64,000 nt of DNA from Minisyncoccota bacterium. Lineage in GTDB: Bacteria; Patescibacteriota; Minisyncoccia; Phycocordibacterales; VMEP01. The DNA lies in NCBI GenBank assembly GCA_041659085.1, contig JBAZYZ010000001.1, positions 4,884 to 68,883 on the forward strand, read 5' to 3'. This document shows positions 34,146 to 44,461 of the stretch, in pieces (the first letter of the stretch is position 1; each line of letters starts with the position of its first letter). Position numbers and translations under genes: made by a program. Under the pieces are notes generated by a model. That model saw only the letters and a list, made by a program, of their open reading frames with translations. It was not told the origin of the DNA and made no database searches.

Positions 34146-36032
34146 ATGTCAGACCAGGATAAAATCACATATATCGGGGAGACCGATTTTCGCAATAAAA
34201 AAATAAAATTTGGCATCAAGGCCAAAGATCGGACGCGCCATGTTTACATCATCGGTAAGACGGGCATGGGTAAGTCCACGCTTCTTGAAAATATGGCGGT
34301 GCAGGATATTGTGAACGGCGAAGGCATGGCTTTCATAGACCCTCACGGTGGCACAGCGGAAAAGCTTCTGGACTATATCCCCGAGAGCCGCGTCAAAGAT
34401 GTTATTTATTTTGCCCCGTTTGACGCGGATTACCCGGTTTCTTTCAATGTGATGGAAGACGTCGGCGCCGATAAGCGGCATCTGGTGGCAAACGGACTCA
34501 TGAACGCTTTCAAAAAAATCTGGGTGGATGCCTGGAGCGCCCGCATGGAATATATTTTAAACAATGTCCTCTTGGCTCTTCTTGAATACCCCGATTCCAC
34601 GATTCTAGGCGTCAACCGCATGCTCTCCGACAAGGATTACCGCAATCTGGTGGTGGCAAATGTTACCGATGCTTCGGTAAAGTCTTTCTGGGTGGATGAG
34701 TTCGCCAAATATGGCGACAAATATATGCAGGAAGCCGGCGCGGCGATTCAGAATAAAATAGGACAGTTTATCTCCAACCCGCTTATAAGAAACATAATCG
34801 GCCAGCCTAAATCTTCCTTTGATATAAGGAAGATAATGGATGAGAAAAAAATTCTCATCATGAACCTTTCCAAAGGAAGGATGGGTATTGAGAACTCTAC
34901 GCTCTTGGGCAACATGCTGGTAACCAAAATTTACCTCGGGGCAATGTCGCGCGCGGACGCGTCCGCTTCTCTGTTGCAAAAACTCCCAAATTTTTACTTC
35001 TATGTTGACGAATTTCAATCTTTTGCCAACGAATCGTTTGCCGATATTTTGTCTGAGGCGCGCAAATATAAGTTGTCGCTTACCATAGCGCACCAGTATG
35101 TGAATCAGATGCCGGAAGAGGTAAGAGACGCGGTTTTCGGCAACGTGGGTTCTATGGTTACTTTTCGCATCGGTCCGGAGGATGCCGAATTATTCGAAAA
35201 AGAATTTGCCCCTGAATTCATAGCGGATGATTTGGTTAATCTGGGGTTTTCTCAGATATATCTCCGTCTTATGATAGACGGGATAGGTTCCAAGCCGTTT
35301 TCCGCCACGACATTGCCTCCGATCGCGCAGGAGAGAGAGTCCCATAAAGACGAGGTCATAGATGGGACCAGAAAAATTTACGCGACTCCGCGAACGAAGG
35401 TTGAAGGATTCATAAACAAATGGTATGAGTCGGTTGCGCCGCCCAAAGCGCCAAGGGAAAGGAAAGATAAAGACGCCCCGGAGCAACCCGCTTCTCCGCG
35501 CGAATTCAAAAACGATGTGGCCGGATCCGGGTCAAGGCCGGCTCCGGATAAAAAACCGGTCGACCACATTATCCGGGAAGAAATTAAAGTCGGACATACG
35601 ACACCAGTTGCTCCTCGGGAAATCCCGCATGAGGCCCAAAAATGGCCCACGATGAATGATAAAGCGGGTGTGAGTAATGTCGATAGAACGCCCAAAAACA
35701 GGCCGTTTATAGCTAAAATAGAGCCCAAGCCGATAACACCTGTTTCTTTGAGTCAGCTTAAGCCTGAGGCTGTAAAAGGGCAGTCAAGGAACTCAATGGC
35801 CTTAAAGGAGGCGTTGGCTGCCGCTCTCAAAGAAAAAGTTGCCGTCCCGTTTTCATCCGAACCAAAAAAAGAAGTTCCAACAAGCAGTGTTCCCCAAAAT
35901 ATACCTGAGGCTACGGATGGCGGACTAAGACAGGAAGAAAAAAAGTGGGAAGAGATGAAAAAACATCACGATACCCCAAAAGCTCCAAAGGAAATTCCGG
36001 AAGATGTTTTGAGAAAAATATTAAACGAATAA
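34146..36032 (+). CDS. VirB4/TraG-like (HerA-FtsK superfamily) ATPase with low-complexity C-terminus
   Basis: IGKTGMGKST Walker A, FIDPHG, YVDEFQ Walker B, LSEARKY, AHQY. Confidence 0.88.
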   Translation: MSDQDKITYIGETDFRNKKIKFGIKAKDRTRHVYIIGKTGMGKSTLLENMAVQDIVNGEGMAFIDPHGGTAEKLLDYIPESRVKDVIYFAPFDADYPVSFNVMEDVGADKRHLVANGLMNAFKKIWVDAWSARMEYILNNVLLALLEYPDSTILGVNRMLSDKDYRNLVVANVTDASVKSFWVDEFAKYGDKYMQEAGAAIQNKIGQFISNPLIRNIIGQPKSSFDIRKIMDEKKILIMNLSKGRMGIENSTLLGNMLVTKIYLGAMSRADASASLLQKLPNFYFYVDEFQSFANESFADILSEARKYKLSLTIAHQYVNQMPEEVRDAVFGNVGSMVTFRIGPEDAELFEKEFAPEFIADDLVNLGFSQIYLRLMIDGIGSKPFSATTLPPIAQERESHKDEVIDGTRKIYATPRTKVEGFINKWYESVAPPKAPRERKDKDAPEQPASPREFKNDVAGSGSRPAPDKKPVDHIIREEIKVGHTTPVAPREIPHEAQKWPTMNDKAGVSNVDRTPKNRPFIAKIEPKPITPVSLSQLKPEAVKGQSRNSMALKEALAAALKEKVAVPFSSEPKKEVPTSSVPQNIPEATDGGLRQEEKKWEEMKKHHDTPKAPKEIPEDVLRKILNE

Positions 36033-36048
36033 AAATAAGTGTTCTGTC

Positions 36049-37491
36049 GTGAACTACAGAAGCATAATAATTTTTTTATGTTTTGTTCAGTTGATTGCGC
36101 CGTCTCCGGTGCGCGCTGGTATTATATTTTCGGAAATAATGTACGACTTGGACGGTTCTGACACCGGCCGCGAGTGGGTGGAAATTTTCAACGATAGTGG
36201 CAGCAGTATTGATTTAACCGGTTGGAAGTTTAATGACGGATCCAATCACGTACTTAACATTCCGCCCAAAAATGGAAGCTCGGGTTCCATGGTGGTTCCT
36301 TCCGGCGGATACGCTGTCTTTGCGGGCGATGCCGTCGTATTTTTGAGCGAATACCGCGGATTTGCGGGAACTGTTATCGACACGGCGATGAGTCTCGGTA
36401 ACTCAAGCTCAACGCTCTCGATTATTGATTCAAACGGCTCTGTTGTTGATTCTGTTTTATACGATAAATCCGCCGGCGCGAACGGAGACGGAAACTCTTT
36501 GCAAAAAAATATAAACGGCGCGTGGGTTGCCGCCGCGCCGGTCCCTGGCGCGGGGTCGTTTGTTATTTCCGGTCAAAACGAGACAAGTTCTCCTCCCGAT
36601 AATGATATTTCTCCAGCGCCGGTATCTTCGGGGGGAGGGGATACAAGATGGTTGGTGGAGCCGCAGGTATTTGCCGACGCCGGCAAGGATAGGGCGGTTA
36701 TTGTAGGCGCTTCAGCTGTGTTTGAAGCCAAGGCATTCGGTCTCAAGAAGGAGCCGCTTGATAACGCCAGATATCTTTGGAATTTTGGCGATGGGGCTAT
36801 CGGGGAAGGAAAAATGGCCGAACACACATATCGGCACCCCGGGGATTATTTGGTTGTGGTGGAAGTTGCCTCAGGCTATTACTCGGGTGAAGACCAGCTT
36901 AAGGTGCGGGCGGAAGCTTCGCCGCTTTCGGTTTCGGCGATTACTGACGGCTCGGGTTATTTTGTGGAACTTTCCAATCCCTCAAACACCGACATCAACA
37001 TTTCGCACTGGGGGCTCGCGCTCGCGGATAAAGTTTTTGCCATCCCCAAGAACACTTTCGTGATGGCGGGCAAAAAACTTATTTTCCCGAATGAAGTAAC
37101 CGGACTTTTGGTCGGGGCGGGAAGCGCGCCGGAGCTTCGTTATCCGAATGGGACTTTGGCAAGCAGGTTTGGCGAAGTAAAAAATAAATCGGCTGAGGTG
37201 GCTGTTCAAATGACGCCAAAATCGGAGCAGCAGGGGATTTCCAATAGAGATATGCCGGCGGATAATGGAGTGAGAATTGCTCAGGCGGAAGAAAACGATT
37301 CAGGGAAGGAGAACATGGCCGCCGTATCAGAGAGTTTGCCGAAAAAATCTTCAACAAAATACATTTGGCTTTTCGGGGTAGTTGGTATTTCCGCCCTGGC
37401 TCTCTCGGGGGTGTTTTTGGCGCGCAGGCTTGAACAACCGAATGACAGGCTTAAAAAACTCGCGGATGAAATAGAAATTATTGAAGAATAG
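36049..37491 (+). CDS. Surface protein with lamin-tail and PKD domains and C-terminal membrane anchor
   Basis: FSEIMYD...REWVEIFN (LTD); YLWNFGDG (PKD); C-terminal TM. Confidence 0.8.
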   Translation: MNYRSIIIFLCFVQLIAPSPVRAGIIFSEIMYDLDGSDTGREWVEIFNDSGSSIDLTGWKFNDGSNHVLNIPPKNGSSGSMVVPSGGYAVFAGDAVVFLSEYRGFAGTVIDTAMSLGNSSSTLSIIDSNGSVVDSVLYDKSAGANGDGNSLQKNINGAWVAAAPVPGAGSFVISGQNETSSPPDNDISPAPVSSGGGDTRWLVEPQVFADAGKDRAVIVGASAVFEAKAFGLKKEPLDNARYLWNFGDGAIGEGKMAEHTYRHPGDYLVVVEVASGYYSGEDQLKVRAEASPLSVSAITDGSGYFVELSNPSNTDINISHWGLALADKVFAIPKNTFVMAGKKLIFPNEVTGLLVGAGSAPELRYPNGTLASRFGEVKNKSAEVAVQMTPKSEQQGISNRDMPADNGVRIAQAEENDSGKENMAAVSESLPKKSSTKYIWLFGVVGISALALSGVFLARRLEQPNDRLKKLADEIEIIEE

Positions 37492-37635
37492 CCCCGGTAG
37501 TACCTGCCTGCCGACAAGTAGGTAGGGAATTTGGCAAAGCAGGCCGTAGTCACGGCCTGCGCATTACTCAATTGCCAAATTCACCACAGGGTTCGGTTGG
37601 AAAAGAAGGAATTTTAGTATATTGTCATCTTGTAT

Positions 37636-38484
37636 ATGGGAAATACAAAAGGAAAAGTTTGCTTGATTACCGGCGCCACTTCGGGTATTGGCAAAGAGGC
37701 GGCTATCGCTTTGGCCAGGTCCGGCATGAGGGTGGTTTTTACCGCGCGCGCTGAAAGCCCCGGCGAATCAACCAGAAAAGAAATAAAAGAAAAGACCGGC
37801 GCGGATGCGGATTATTTATTGTGCGATTTATCGTCTTTGGATGAAGTAAGAAAACTCACGGAAGAGTTTCAGAAAAAATATAACCGTCTTGATGTCCTGA
37901 TTAACAATGCCGGAGTGGGTGAGACAGAGCTTAAATTTTCCAAAGATAATATTGAAATGGATATGGCGGTGAATTATTTCGCGCCGTTCCTTCTTACCGG
38001 GCTGCTTCTGCCGGCGCTTAAAAAAAGCGCCCCATCACGCATCATTAACGTTTCTTCCATGATGCACGCGGAGGGTCATATTGATTTTGATAATTTGACC
38101 GAGGGTAAAAATTTTGAACGGTACGACACATATGCTCAATCCAAACTTGCCCTTCTATTATTTACACGCAAACTCGCGGCTGATTTGAAGGGGACAGACG
38201 TTACGGTCAATGCCATGCACCCGGGAATAATAAACACGAAGATTACGAAGGAGTTAATGAATGAAACCAACTTTATCGTTAAATCTTTTTTCCGTTTAAA
38301 AATGATAAGCGAAGAAAAAGCCGGAGATGGTATCGCGTATCTGGCGACTAACCCTAACGTTGAGGGGATGACTGGGGAGTATTTTGACAGGACGACAAGA
38401 AAGCGTTCGTCTGATGAATCTTATGACATGGAGATTGCAGAGAGGCTTTGGGCTGAAACGGAGCGTATTTTGAGACATTATTGA
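37636..38484 (+). CDS. Short-chain dehydrogenase/reductase
   Basis: ITGATSGIG, LINNAG, YAQSK. Confidence 0.9.
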   Translation: MGNTKGKVCLITGATSGIGKEAAIALARSGMRVVFTARAESPGESTRKEIKEKTGADADYLLCDLSSLDEVRKLTEEFQKKYNRLDVLINNAGVGETELKFSKDNIEMDMAVNYFAPFLLTGLLLPALKKSAPSRIINVSSMMHAEGHIDFDNLTEGKNFERYDTYAQSKLALLLFTRKLAADLKGTDVTVNAMHPGIINTKITKELMNETNFIVKSFFRLKMISEEKAGDGIAYLATNPNVEGMTGEYFDRTTRKRSSDESYDMEIAERLWAETERILRHY

Positions 38485-38555
38485 CTTTTATTTTAGGAAA
38501 AACTATCTTAATTACGGAAACACCCCGTCAACCAGGATTAAAGAGGTAGCCAGAT

Positions 38556-38780
38556 ATGACAGTCGCCATCATTGATTTGCCGGATGGAGTTACCAAGATT
38601 TTGCACAGGGACAGCCACCGCATCGTCCTTCAGTTCCAGACCGCTAAAGACCTGGACGATTTCAACAGGGGGCTAAACGAAGCTCAGAAGTCTGAAGAGC
38701 AGCGCTATCAGGAAAGCCTGGAGAGAAACCCGGAGTTGGTCGGGCTAGGAGATTCCCCGGAGCCTTCCCGCGCGGAATAG
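38556..38780 (+). CDS. Small acidic orphan protein
   Basis: TTGACT-17-TATCTT promoter, GAGGT SD, terminator at 38793-38820. Confidence 0.6.
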   Translation: MTVAIIDLPDGVTKILHRDSHRIVLQFQTAKDLDDFNRGLNEAQKSEEQRYQESLERNPELVGLGDSPEPSRAE

Positions 38781-38858
38781 CGCGTATGCGGCAAAAAGCC
38801 GGGTCTGACCCGGTTTTTTTATTGGTCAACAAAGCTGTTTTTTGTTAGAGTATGGGGT

Positions 38859-39911
38859 ATGAAAAAAGTCCTTATTTTAGGCATAAACGGCTTCATTGGG
38901 CACCATCTTTCAAAGCGCATTTTGGACACCACCGATTGGGAAGTTTACGGCATGGATATGCAAAGCGACCGGGTGTCGGAATTTTCTTCAAATCCAAGGT
39001 TCCATTTTTTTGAGGGTGATATTCTCGTAAACAAAGAGTGGATTGAGTACCACATAATCAAATGCGATGTTGTTTTGCCTCTTGTGGCCATCGCCACCCC
39101 CATGAGTTACGTGAAGTCTCCGCTAAAGACGTTTGAGCTTGATTTTGAGGCAAACTTGCCTATTGTACGCGCAGCAGTCAAATACAAGAAACGCCTGATT
39201 TTTCCGTCCACTTCCGAAGTGTACGGCATGAGCGATGACGCGGAATTTCATCCTTACGAATCAAATCTTGTATTGGGTCCGATAGATAAGCAGCGCTGGA
39301 TATATTCCTGTTCCAAACAAATGCTCGACCGCGTTATCTGGGCATATGGGCAGGAGCAGGGGTTTGATTTTACCTTGTTCCGTCCGTTCAACTGGATTGG
39401 AACCGGACTGGACCGGCTTTCCGCCAACAAGGAAGGCAACTCGCGCGTTATTACCCAATTTTTGGGAAACATTGTCCGCGGTCAGAGTATCCACCTGGTT
39501 GACGGCGGTTTGCAGAAGAGAGCTTTTACTTACATTGATGACGGTATTGACGCGCTTATGAAGATTATAGAGAACAAGGACAGCATCGCGACCGGCAAGA
39601 TTTACAACATTGGACACCCCGGCAACAACTGGTCCATAAAAGAACTTGCGGAGAAGATGATTGCTTTAGCGAATGAATATCCGGAATATCAAAAATATGC
39701 ACATGAGGCAAAAATTACAGACACTACCGCCGAAGGATATTACGGTAAGGGTTACCAAGATGTAAAAAATCGCGTGCCTTTTATCGAAAATACCAAGGGT
39801 GAACTTGGATGGGAGCCGAAGGTCGGGATGGAAGATGCCCTGCGCATGATTTTTGACGGTTATCGCAATCAAGTAGAGGAAGCGAGAGGGCTTGCTGATC
39901 TCGGTGTTTAA
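38859..39911 (+). CDS. UDP-glucuronate 4-dehydrogenase/decarboxylase (stand-alone ArnA C-terminal-domain type)
   Basis: LGINGFIG, LVAIATP, FELDFEANL, STSEVYG, RWIYSCSKQ, FRPFNW, YYGKGYQDV. Confidence 0.9.
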   Translation: MKKVLILGINGFIGHHLSKRILDTTDWEVYGMDMQSDRVSEFSSNPRFHFFEGDILVNKEWIEYHIIKCDVVLPLVAIATPMSYVKSPLKTFELDFEANLPIVRAAVKYKKRLIFPSTSEVYGMSDDAEFHPYESNLVLGPIDKQRWIYSCSKQMLDRVIWAYGQEQGFDFTLFRPFNWIGTGLDRLSANKEGNSRVITQFLGNIVRGQSIHLVDGGLQKRAFTYIDDGIDALMKIIENKDSIATGKIYNIGHPGNNWSIKELAEKMIALANEYPEYQKYAHEAKITDTTAEGYYGKGYQDVKNRVPFIENTKGELGWEPKVGMEDALRMIFDGYRNQVEEARGLADLGV

Positions 39912-39932
39912 TTTTTTCACCTCTTAATATTT

Positions 39933-41132
39933 ATGGCACAGCCAAAACGCATACTATTTTTTTCTTTGACCTACTATCCTTTTATTGGCGGAGCGGAGGT
40001 GGCCATAAAAGAAGTTACGGACCGTATCCCGGAAGAGAAATACAGTTTTGACATGATTACGCTCCGTTTTAACAGCGATCTGCCCCGGTTTGAGAGGTTT
40101 GGTAGCATAGATATTTTTCGTATTGGTTTCGGACAAAAAGGCGCCAAGATACAGGATTTCAATAAATTCCCGTTGTTTATAATGAAATATTTGTATCCGT
40201 TCTGGGCTTTGGCGGCAGCCGTTGTCCTCCATAGGCGAAAACCGTATGATGCCATTGCGACGGTCATGACTAGCTATGCTTCTTTTGCGGCGCTTTTCTT
40301 TAAGTTTTTATTCCCGGGAGTTCCTTATATTGTGCGTCTGGACGACGGCGACCCGTTTGAACATTATCGCAAGAAAGCAAGAATCACAGGCCCTCTTTTT
40401 GGGAAACTTTTTACCAAAGCGGATTTTGCGGTTACCGCCTCGACGTATCTTTCAAAAATGGCCAGGGAAATGGGATATAAAAAAGAAATCGCCATTGTGC
40501 CCAACGGAGTAAACGCCGAGCTTTTTTCAAAAGAGTATTCTGCGGAAGAACTTAATAAGCTTAAGAAAAAGCTCGGCAAAAAAGATGACGATTTTTATCT
40601 TATAACCACGTCGCGATTGGTCAAGAAGAATGCCTCTGATGACGTTATCAGGGCAATGCCGCTCTTGCCTCAAAATGTTAAATTTTTGATACTTGGCGTT
40701 GGTCCGGACGAAGGAATACTACATGAGCTTGCCGGTAACTTAAACGTGTCTGACCGGGTTATATTCCTTGGACAGATAGGGCGCGATGAAATCCCTAAAT
40801 ACTTGAAGATATCGGATATTTTCATTCGCCCTTCTCTTTCGGAGGGATTCGGCATTTCATTCGTTGAAGCGATGATTGCGGGGTTGCCTGTCATCGCGAC
40901 TTCGGTCGGCGGTATCACCGATTTTTTGGTTGATAAAGAAACTGGATTATTTTGCGAAGTCCGGAGTCCGGCGAGCATAGCGGAAAAAGTTAAGTTAATT
41001 ATTTCCAGTCCGGATTTAAGAGAACACATCGTGAAGACTGGCGCGCGCATGGCCCGCGAGCGGTATGATTGGAATTTGGTAGCCAAAATGATGAAAGAAA
41101 GTGTTTTTGACAGGGTGTTTAATGAAGAATAA
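39933..41132 (+). CDS. GT4 glycosyltransferase
   Basis: GGAE, PNGV, EGFGISFVEAM. Confidence 0.9.
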   Translation: MAQPKRILFFSLTYYPFIGGAEVAIKEVTDRIPEEKYSFDMITLRFNSDLPRFERFGSIDIFRIGFGQKGAKIQDFNKFPLFIMKYLYPFWALAAAVVLHRRKPYDAIATVMTSYASFAALFFKFLFPGVPYIVRLDDGDPFEHYRKKARITGPLFGKLFTKADFAVTASTYLSKMAREMGYKKEIAIVPNGVNAELFSKEYSAEELNKLKKKLGKKDDDFYLITTSRLVKKNASDDVIRAMPLLPQNVKFLILGVGPDEGILHELAGNLNVSDRVIFLGQIGRDEIPKYLKISDIFIRPSLSEGFGISFVEAMIAGLPVIATSVGGITDFLVDKETGLFCEVRSPASIAEKVKLIISSPDLREHIVKTGARMARERYDWNLVAKMMKESVFDRVFNEE

Positions 41133-41135
41133 AAC

Positions 41136-42239
41136 ATGAAAATCCTAATCGCGACCGGCATATATCCGCCGTCAATCGGTGGGCCGGCGACATATTCCAA
41201 GATACTTTTTGACGAGCTGCCGAAGCGGGGGATTGGCGCTGCGGTGTTTTCTTTTGACGAAGTCAGGCATTTGCCGAAAGTAATCAGCCATATCGCTTAT
41301 TTTTTCAAAGTTCTGGCGCACGGAGTTTCGTGCGACATTATTTATGCTCAGGATCCAATCTCTGTCGGTTTGCCGGCGCTTTTCGCCGCAAAAATTTTGA
41401 GAAAAAGGTTTTTCCTGAAAGTGGTCGGCGATTATGCCTGGGAACAGGGCGCCCAGCGCTTCGGGGTCACCGATTTGTTGGACGAGTTTTCAAAAGAGCC
41501 GTTATCGGGCTATTCCGCCCCGGTGCGGTTTTTACGCAAGGCGGAATCTTTTGTGGCCCGTAGAGCCGAGAGGGTGATAGTGCCGAGCAGATACTTGAAA
41601 AAAATTGTTACTAGGTGGGGGGTCCCGGAAGAAAGAATTTGTGTAATTTATAATGCCCTTGAGGGGGTTGCCGAGCCGGGCAATGAAGAGCATCCGAAGA
41701 TTCTTTTGAGCGGGAAATCGGTTGTTTCTGCCGGCAGACTGGTTCCGTGGAAAGGATTCCTGTCTTTGGTTGAGACGATGATTGAACTCACGAAAAAATT
41801 TCCTGATCTGAAACTCTATATCATCGGTGACGGTCCGGAACGCGAGACGATAGAGAGGAGAATAAAGCAACTGGAACTTGGCCGAAACGTTCATTTGGTC
41901 GGCGGCGTTCCGCAGAAAATGCTTTTTGAATACATAAGAGCGGGGAGTATTTTCGCTCTCAATACCGGCTACGAGGGATTTTCACACCAGCTTTTGGAGG
42001 TTATGGCGCTTGGAGTGCCGCTTGTGACAACGAACGTCGGCGGCAATCCGGAGATTGTAAGAGAAGGGGAGAATGGTCTCTTGGTTCCGTACGACGACAA
42101 GCGCGCGCTTGCCCAAGCTATTGAAAAAATGCTTCGCGACGAAGATTTTGCCGCGAAATGCGCCGCTTCGGGCAAGAGTACCGCCGCTTTGTTCACAAAG
42201 GAGAGAATGGTAGGCGATTTGGTCAAAATACTTGCATGA
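41136..42239 (+). CDS. GT4 glycosyltransferase
   Basis: GIYPPSIGGPATY, EGFSHQLLEVM. Confidence 0.9.
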   Translation: MKILIATGIYPPSIGGPATYSKILFDELPKRGIGAAVFSFDEVRHLPKVISHIAYFFKVLAHGVSCDIIYAQDPISVGLPALFAAKILRKRFFLKVVGDYAWEQGAQRFGVTDLLDEFSKEPLSGYSAPVRFLRKAESFVARRAERVIVPSRYLKKIVTRWGVPEERICVIYNALEGVAEPGNEEHPKILLSGKSVVSAGRLVPWKGFLSLVETMIELTKKFPDLKLYIIGDGPERETIERRIKQLELGRNVHLVGGVPQKMLFEYIRAGSIFALNTGYEGFSHQLLEVMALGVPLVTTNVGGNPEIVREGENGLLVPYDDKRALAQAIEKMLRDEDFAAKCAASGKSTAALFTKERMVGDLVKILA

Positions 42240-43348
42240 AAGTTTTAATGATTTCAACCGACAGGAAAATATTGGAAGAAGGAAGCGCTGTTCGGGCGCG
42301 TATGGTTTTATATGGGACGATTTGTGATGAACTTCATATAATTCTGGCTTCTGTCGGCGGTAGAAAAGAGACAGCATCAATCTCCGGAAATGTTTTTGTG
42401 CATCCTACGGCCTCTCTATGCGCCGCGTTTTCCAGACTGTCTTTATTTTTGTCATCAAACCTTATTTCTGCGGATCTGGTTACCGCGCAGGATCCTTTTG
42501 AGACCGGTTTTGCCGCTTGGTACATGTCAAAAAGGGTTGGTGCCAGGCTCGAGATTCAAATCCATACCGATTTTTTGAGCCCGTATTTTGGGCGGGGATC
42601 ATTTATAAATAAAATCCGCGTTTTAATCGCAGGAATTGTTTTGCCCAGAGCTGACGGAATTCGTGTCGTATCTGAACGTATCGCGAATTCACTCGGTACT
42701 TTGCGCTTGTTACCGGGCGCCAATATTACGGTTCTCCCCATTTACGTTGATATTGAAAAAATCAGGAATTCCCAAGTGATTTCCGATTTGCGCAAAAAAT
42801 ACCCGCAGTTTGATTTTATGATACTGATGACCTCACGCCTCACGAAAGAAAAAAACATTAGTCTGGCCATTGAGGCAATGCGCGAGATCATAAATAGGCA
42901 TCCCAAGGCCGGGCTTGTTATAGTCGGTTCAGGCCCTGAAGAAGTGGAACTTAAGCTGCTTGCTAAAAAATACAATCTGCAACCCAGTATTGTTTTTGAG
43001 TCATGGTCTGATGATGTCATCTCATATATGAAAACCGCGGACTGTTTTCTGTTAACTTCAAATTATGAAGGGTTCGGGCTCTCTCTTGTTGAAGCAGCCG
43101 CATCCGATTGCCCCATTATTTCAACGGAGGTGGGTATCATTGGCGAGCTTTTGCGTCCCGAGGAGGATATCTTGGCTTGCCCGGTTGGCGACGCCGGCTG
43201 TATCTTGGACAGGTTGGAACGCCTTATGAATTCTCCCGGTCTCGCCCACCAACTTTCTTTAAAAGCCCAATCTTCGTTTAAGCCACTTATAATGAGCAAG
43301 GAGGATTATTTAAAGAAGTTACGCACGGCTTGGGAAAAGTGTTTTTAG
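42236..43348 (+). CDS. GT4 glycosyltransferase
   Basis: SRLTKEK, EGFGLSLVEAA; ATGA overlap with the previous gene. Confidence 0.9.
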   Translation: MKVLMISTDRKILEEGSAVRARMVLYGTICDELHIILASVGGRKETASISGNVFVHPTASLCAAFSRLSLFLSSNLISADLVTAQDPFETGFAAWYMSKRVGARLEIQIHTDFLSPYFGRGSFINKIRVLIAGIVLPRADGIRVVSERIANSLGTLRLLPGANITVLPIYVDIEKIRNSQVISDLRKKYPQFDFMILMTSRLTKEKNISLAIEAMREIINRHPKAGLVIVGSGPEEVELKLLAKKYNLQPSIVFESWSDDVISYMKTADCFLLTSNYEGFGLSLVEAAASDCPIISTEVGIIGELLRPEEDILACPVGDAGCILDRLERLMNSPGLAHQLSLKAQSSFKPLIMSKEDYLKKLRTAWEKCF

Positions 43349-43392
43349 TTTGTTATACTACCCGGGCTTATAAGGGTTTGTTTAGATGCTAT

Positions 43393-44403
43393 ATGCCAAA
43401 AACCGCAAAAAAATACAAAAAGATTTTAGTGACAGGGACGGCCGGTTTTATCGGATTTCACCTTGCCAAGGAGCTGCTTAGAGACAAGGACTGCGAGGTT
43501 GTTGGCATCGACAGCATAACCGACTATTACGATGTCCGTATGAAGCAAAAACGTAATGAGGTTTTGAAAAAATACTCCAATTACACATTCTATAAAGTTA
43601 ACCTGGCTGATTATAAAAAACTTGAAAATATAATCAAAAAAGAGAAGCCGGAGGCTATAATCCATCTGGCGGCCCAGGCAGGAGTCAGGTATTCTCTTAC
43701 CAACCCGTGGGCTTACGAACAGTCAAACTATTTAGGGACACTCAATATTTTTGAGGCATCGAAAAATTTCGGCATCAAACGTGTGCTGTTTGCTTCCTCA
43801 AGTTCGGTTTACGGTTCCAACAAAAAAGTTCCATTTAGTGAGAAAGACATAGTTGACCACCCTATTTCAATTTATGCCGCATCCAAAAAGGCCAACGAAG
43901 TTCTTGCCCATTCATACCACCATCTTTACGGCACAGAAACTGCCGGCATGAGATTCTTTACAGTCTATGGCGAATATGGCCGGCCGGACTTGGCTCTTTT
44001 CAAGTTCACTAAAAATATTCTGCTTGATAAGCCTATTGATGTCTATAACGGCGGCAAGATGATGAGGGACTTTACGTATGTTGACGATATTGTTGCCGGG
44101 ATTATCGGGATACTGAACAAGAGGGATTTAAAGTACGAGATTTACAATTTGGGAGGCGACAACCCCGTGTCTCTTATGGGGTTCATAAGACTGATTGAAA
44201 AATTTTTGGGAAAGAAAGCTAAAATCAATTTTATGCCGCTTCAGCCGGGGGATGTGACAAAAACGATGGCGGATATATCAAAAGCCAAAAAAGAAATAGG
44301 ATTTGAACCAAAAACGCGGATAGAGGATGGTACCGAGAAATTCATCCGCTGGTTTCTGGAGAATAAGAACTGGCTTCTTAAGCTGGAAGACCCCAAGCAG
44401 TAG
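43393..44403 (+). CDS. UDP-glucuronate 4-epimerase-like protein
   Basis: TGTAGFIG, HLAAQAGVRYS, YAASKK, RFFTVYG.YGRPD. Confidence 0.9.
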   Translation: MPKTAKKYKKILVTGTAGFIGFHLAKELLRDKDCEVVGIDSITDYYDVRMKQKRNEVLKKYSNYTFYKVNLADYKKLENIIKKEKPEAIIHLAAQAGVRYSLTNPWAYEQSNYLGTLNIFEASKNFGIKRVLFASSSSVYGSNKKVPFSEKDIVDHPISIYAASKKANEVLAHSYHHLYGTETAGMRFFTVYGEYGRPDLALFKFTKNILLDKPIDVYNGGKMMRDFTYVDDIVAGIIGILNKRDLKYEIYNLGGDNPVSLMGFIRLIEKFLGKKAKINFMPLQPGDVTKTMADISKAKKEIGFEPKTRIEDGTEKFIRWFLENKNWLLKLEDPKQ

Positions 44404-44461
44404 GTTTTCTAAGGGAAATGCCGGTTTGGCAAAAACGTTTGATTTAATTACAATAGCCCCC

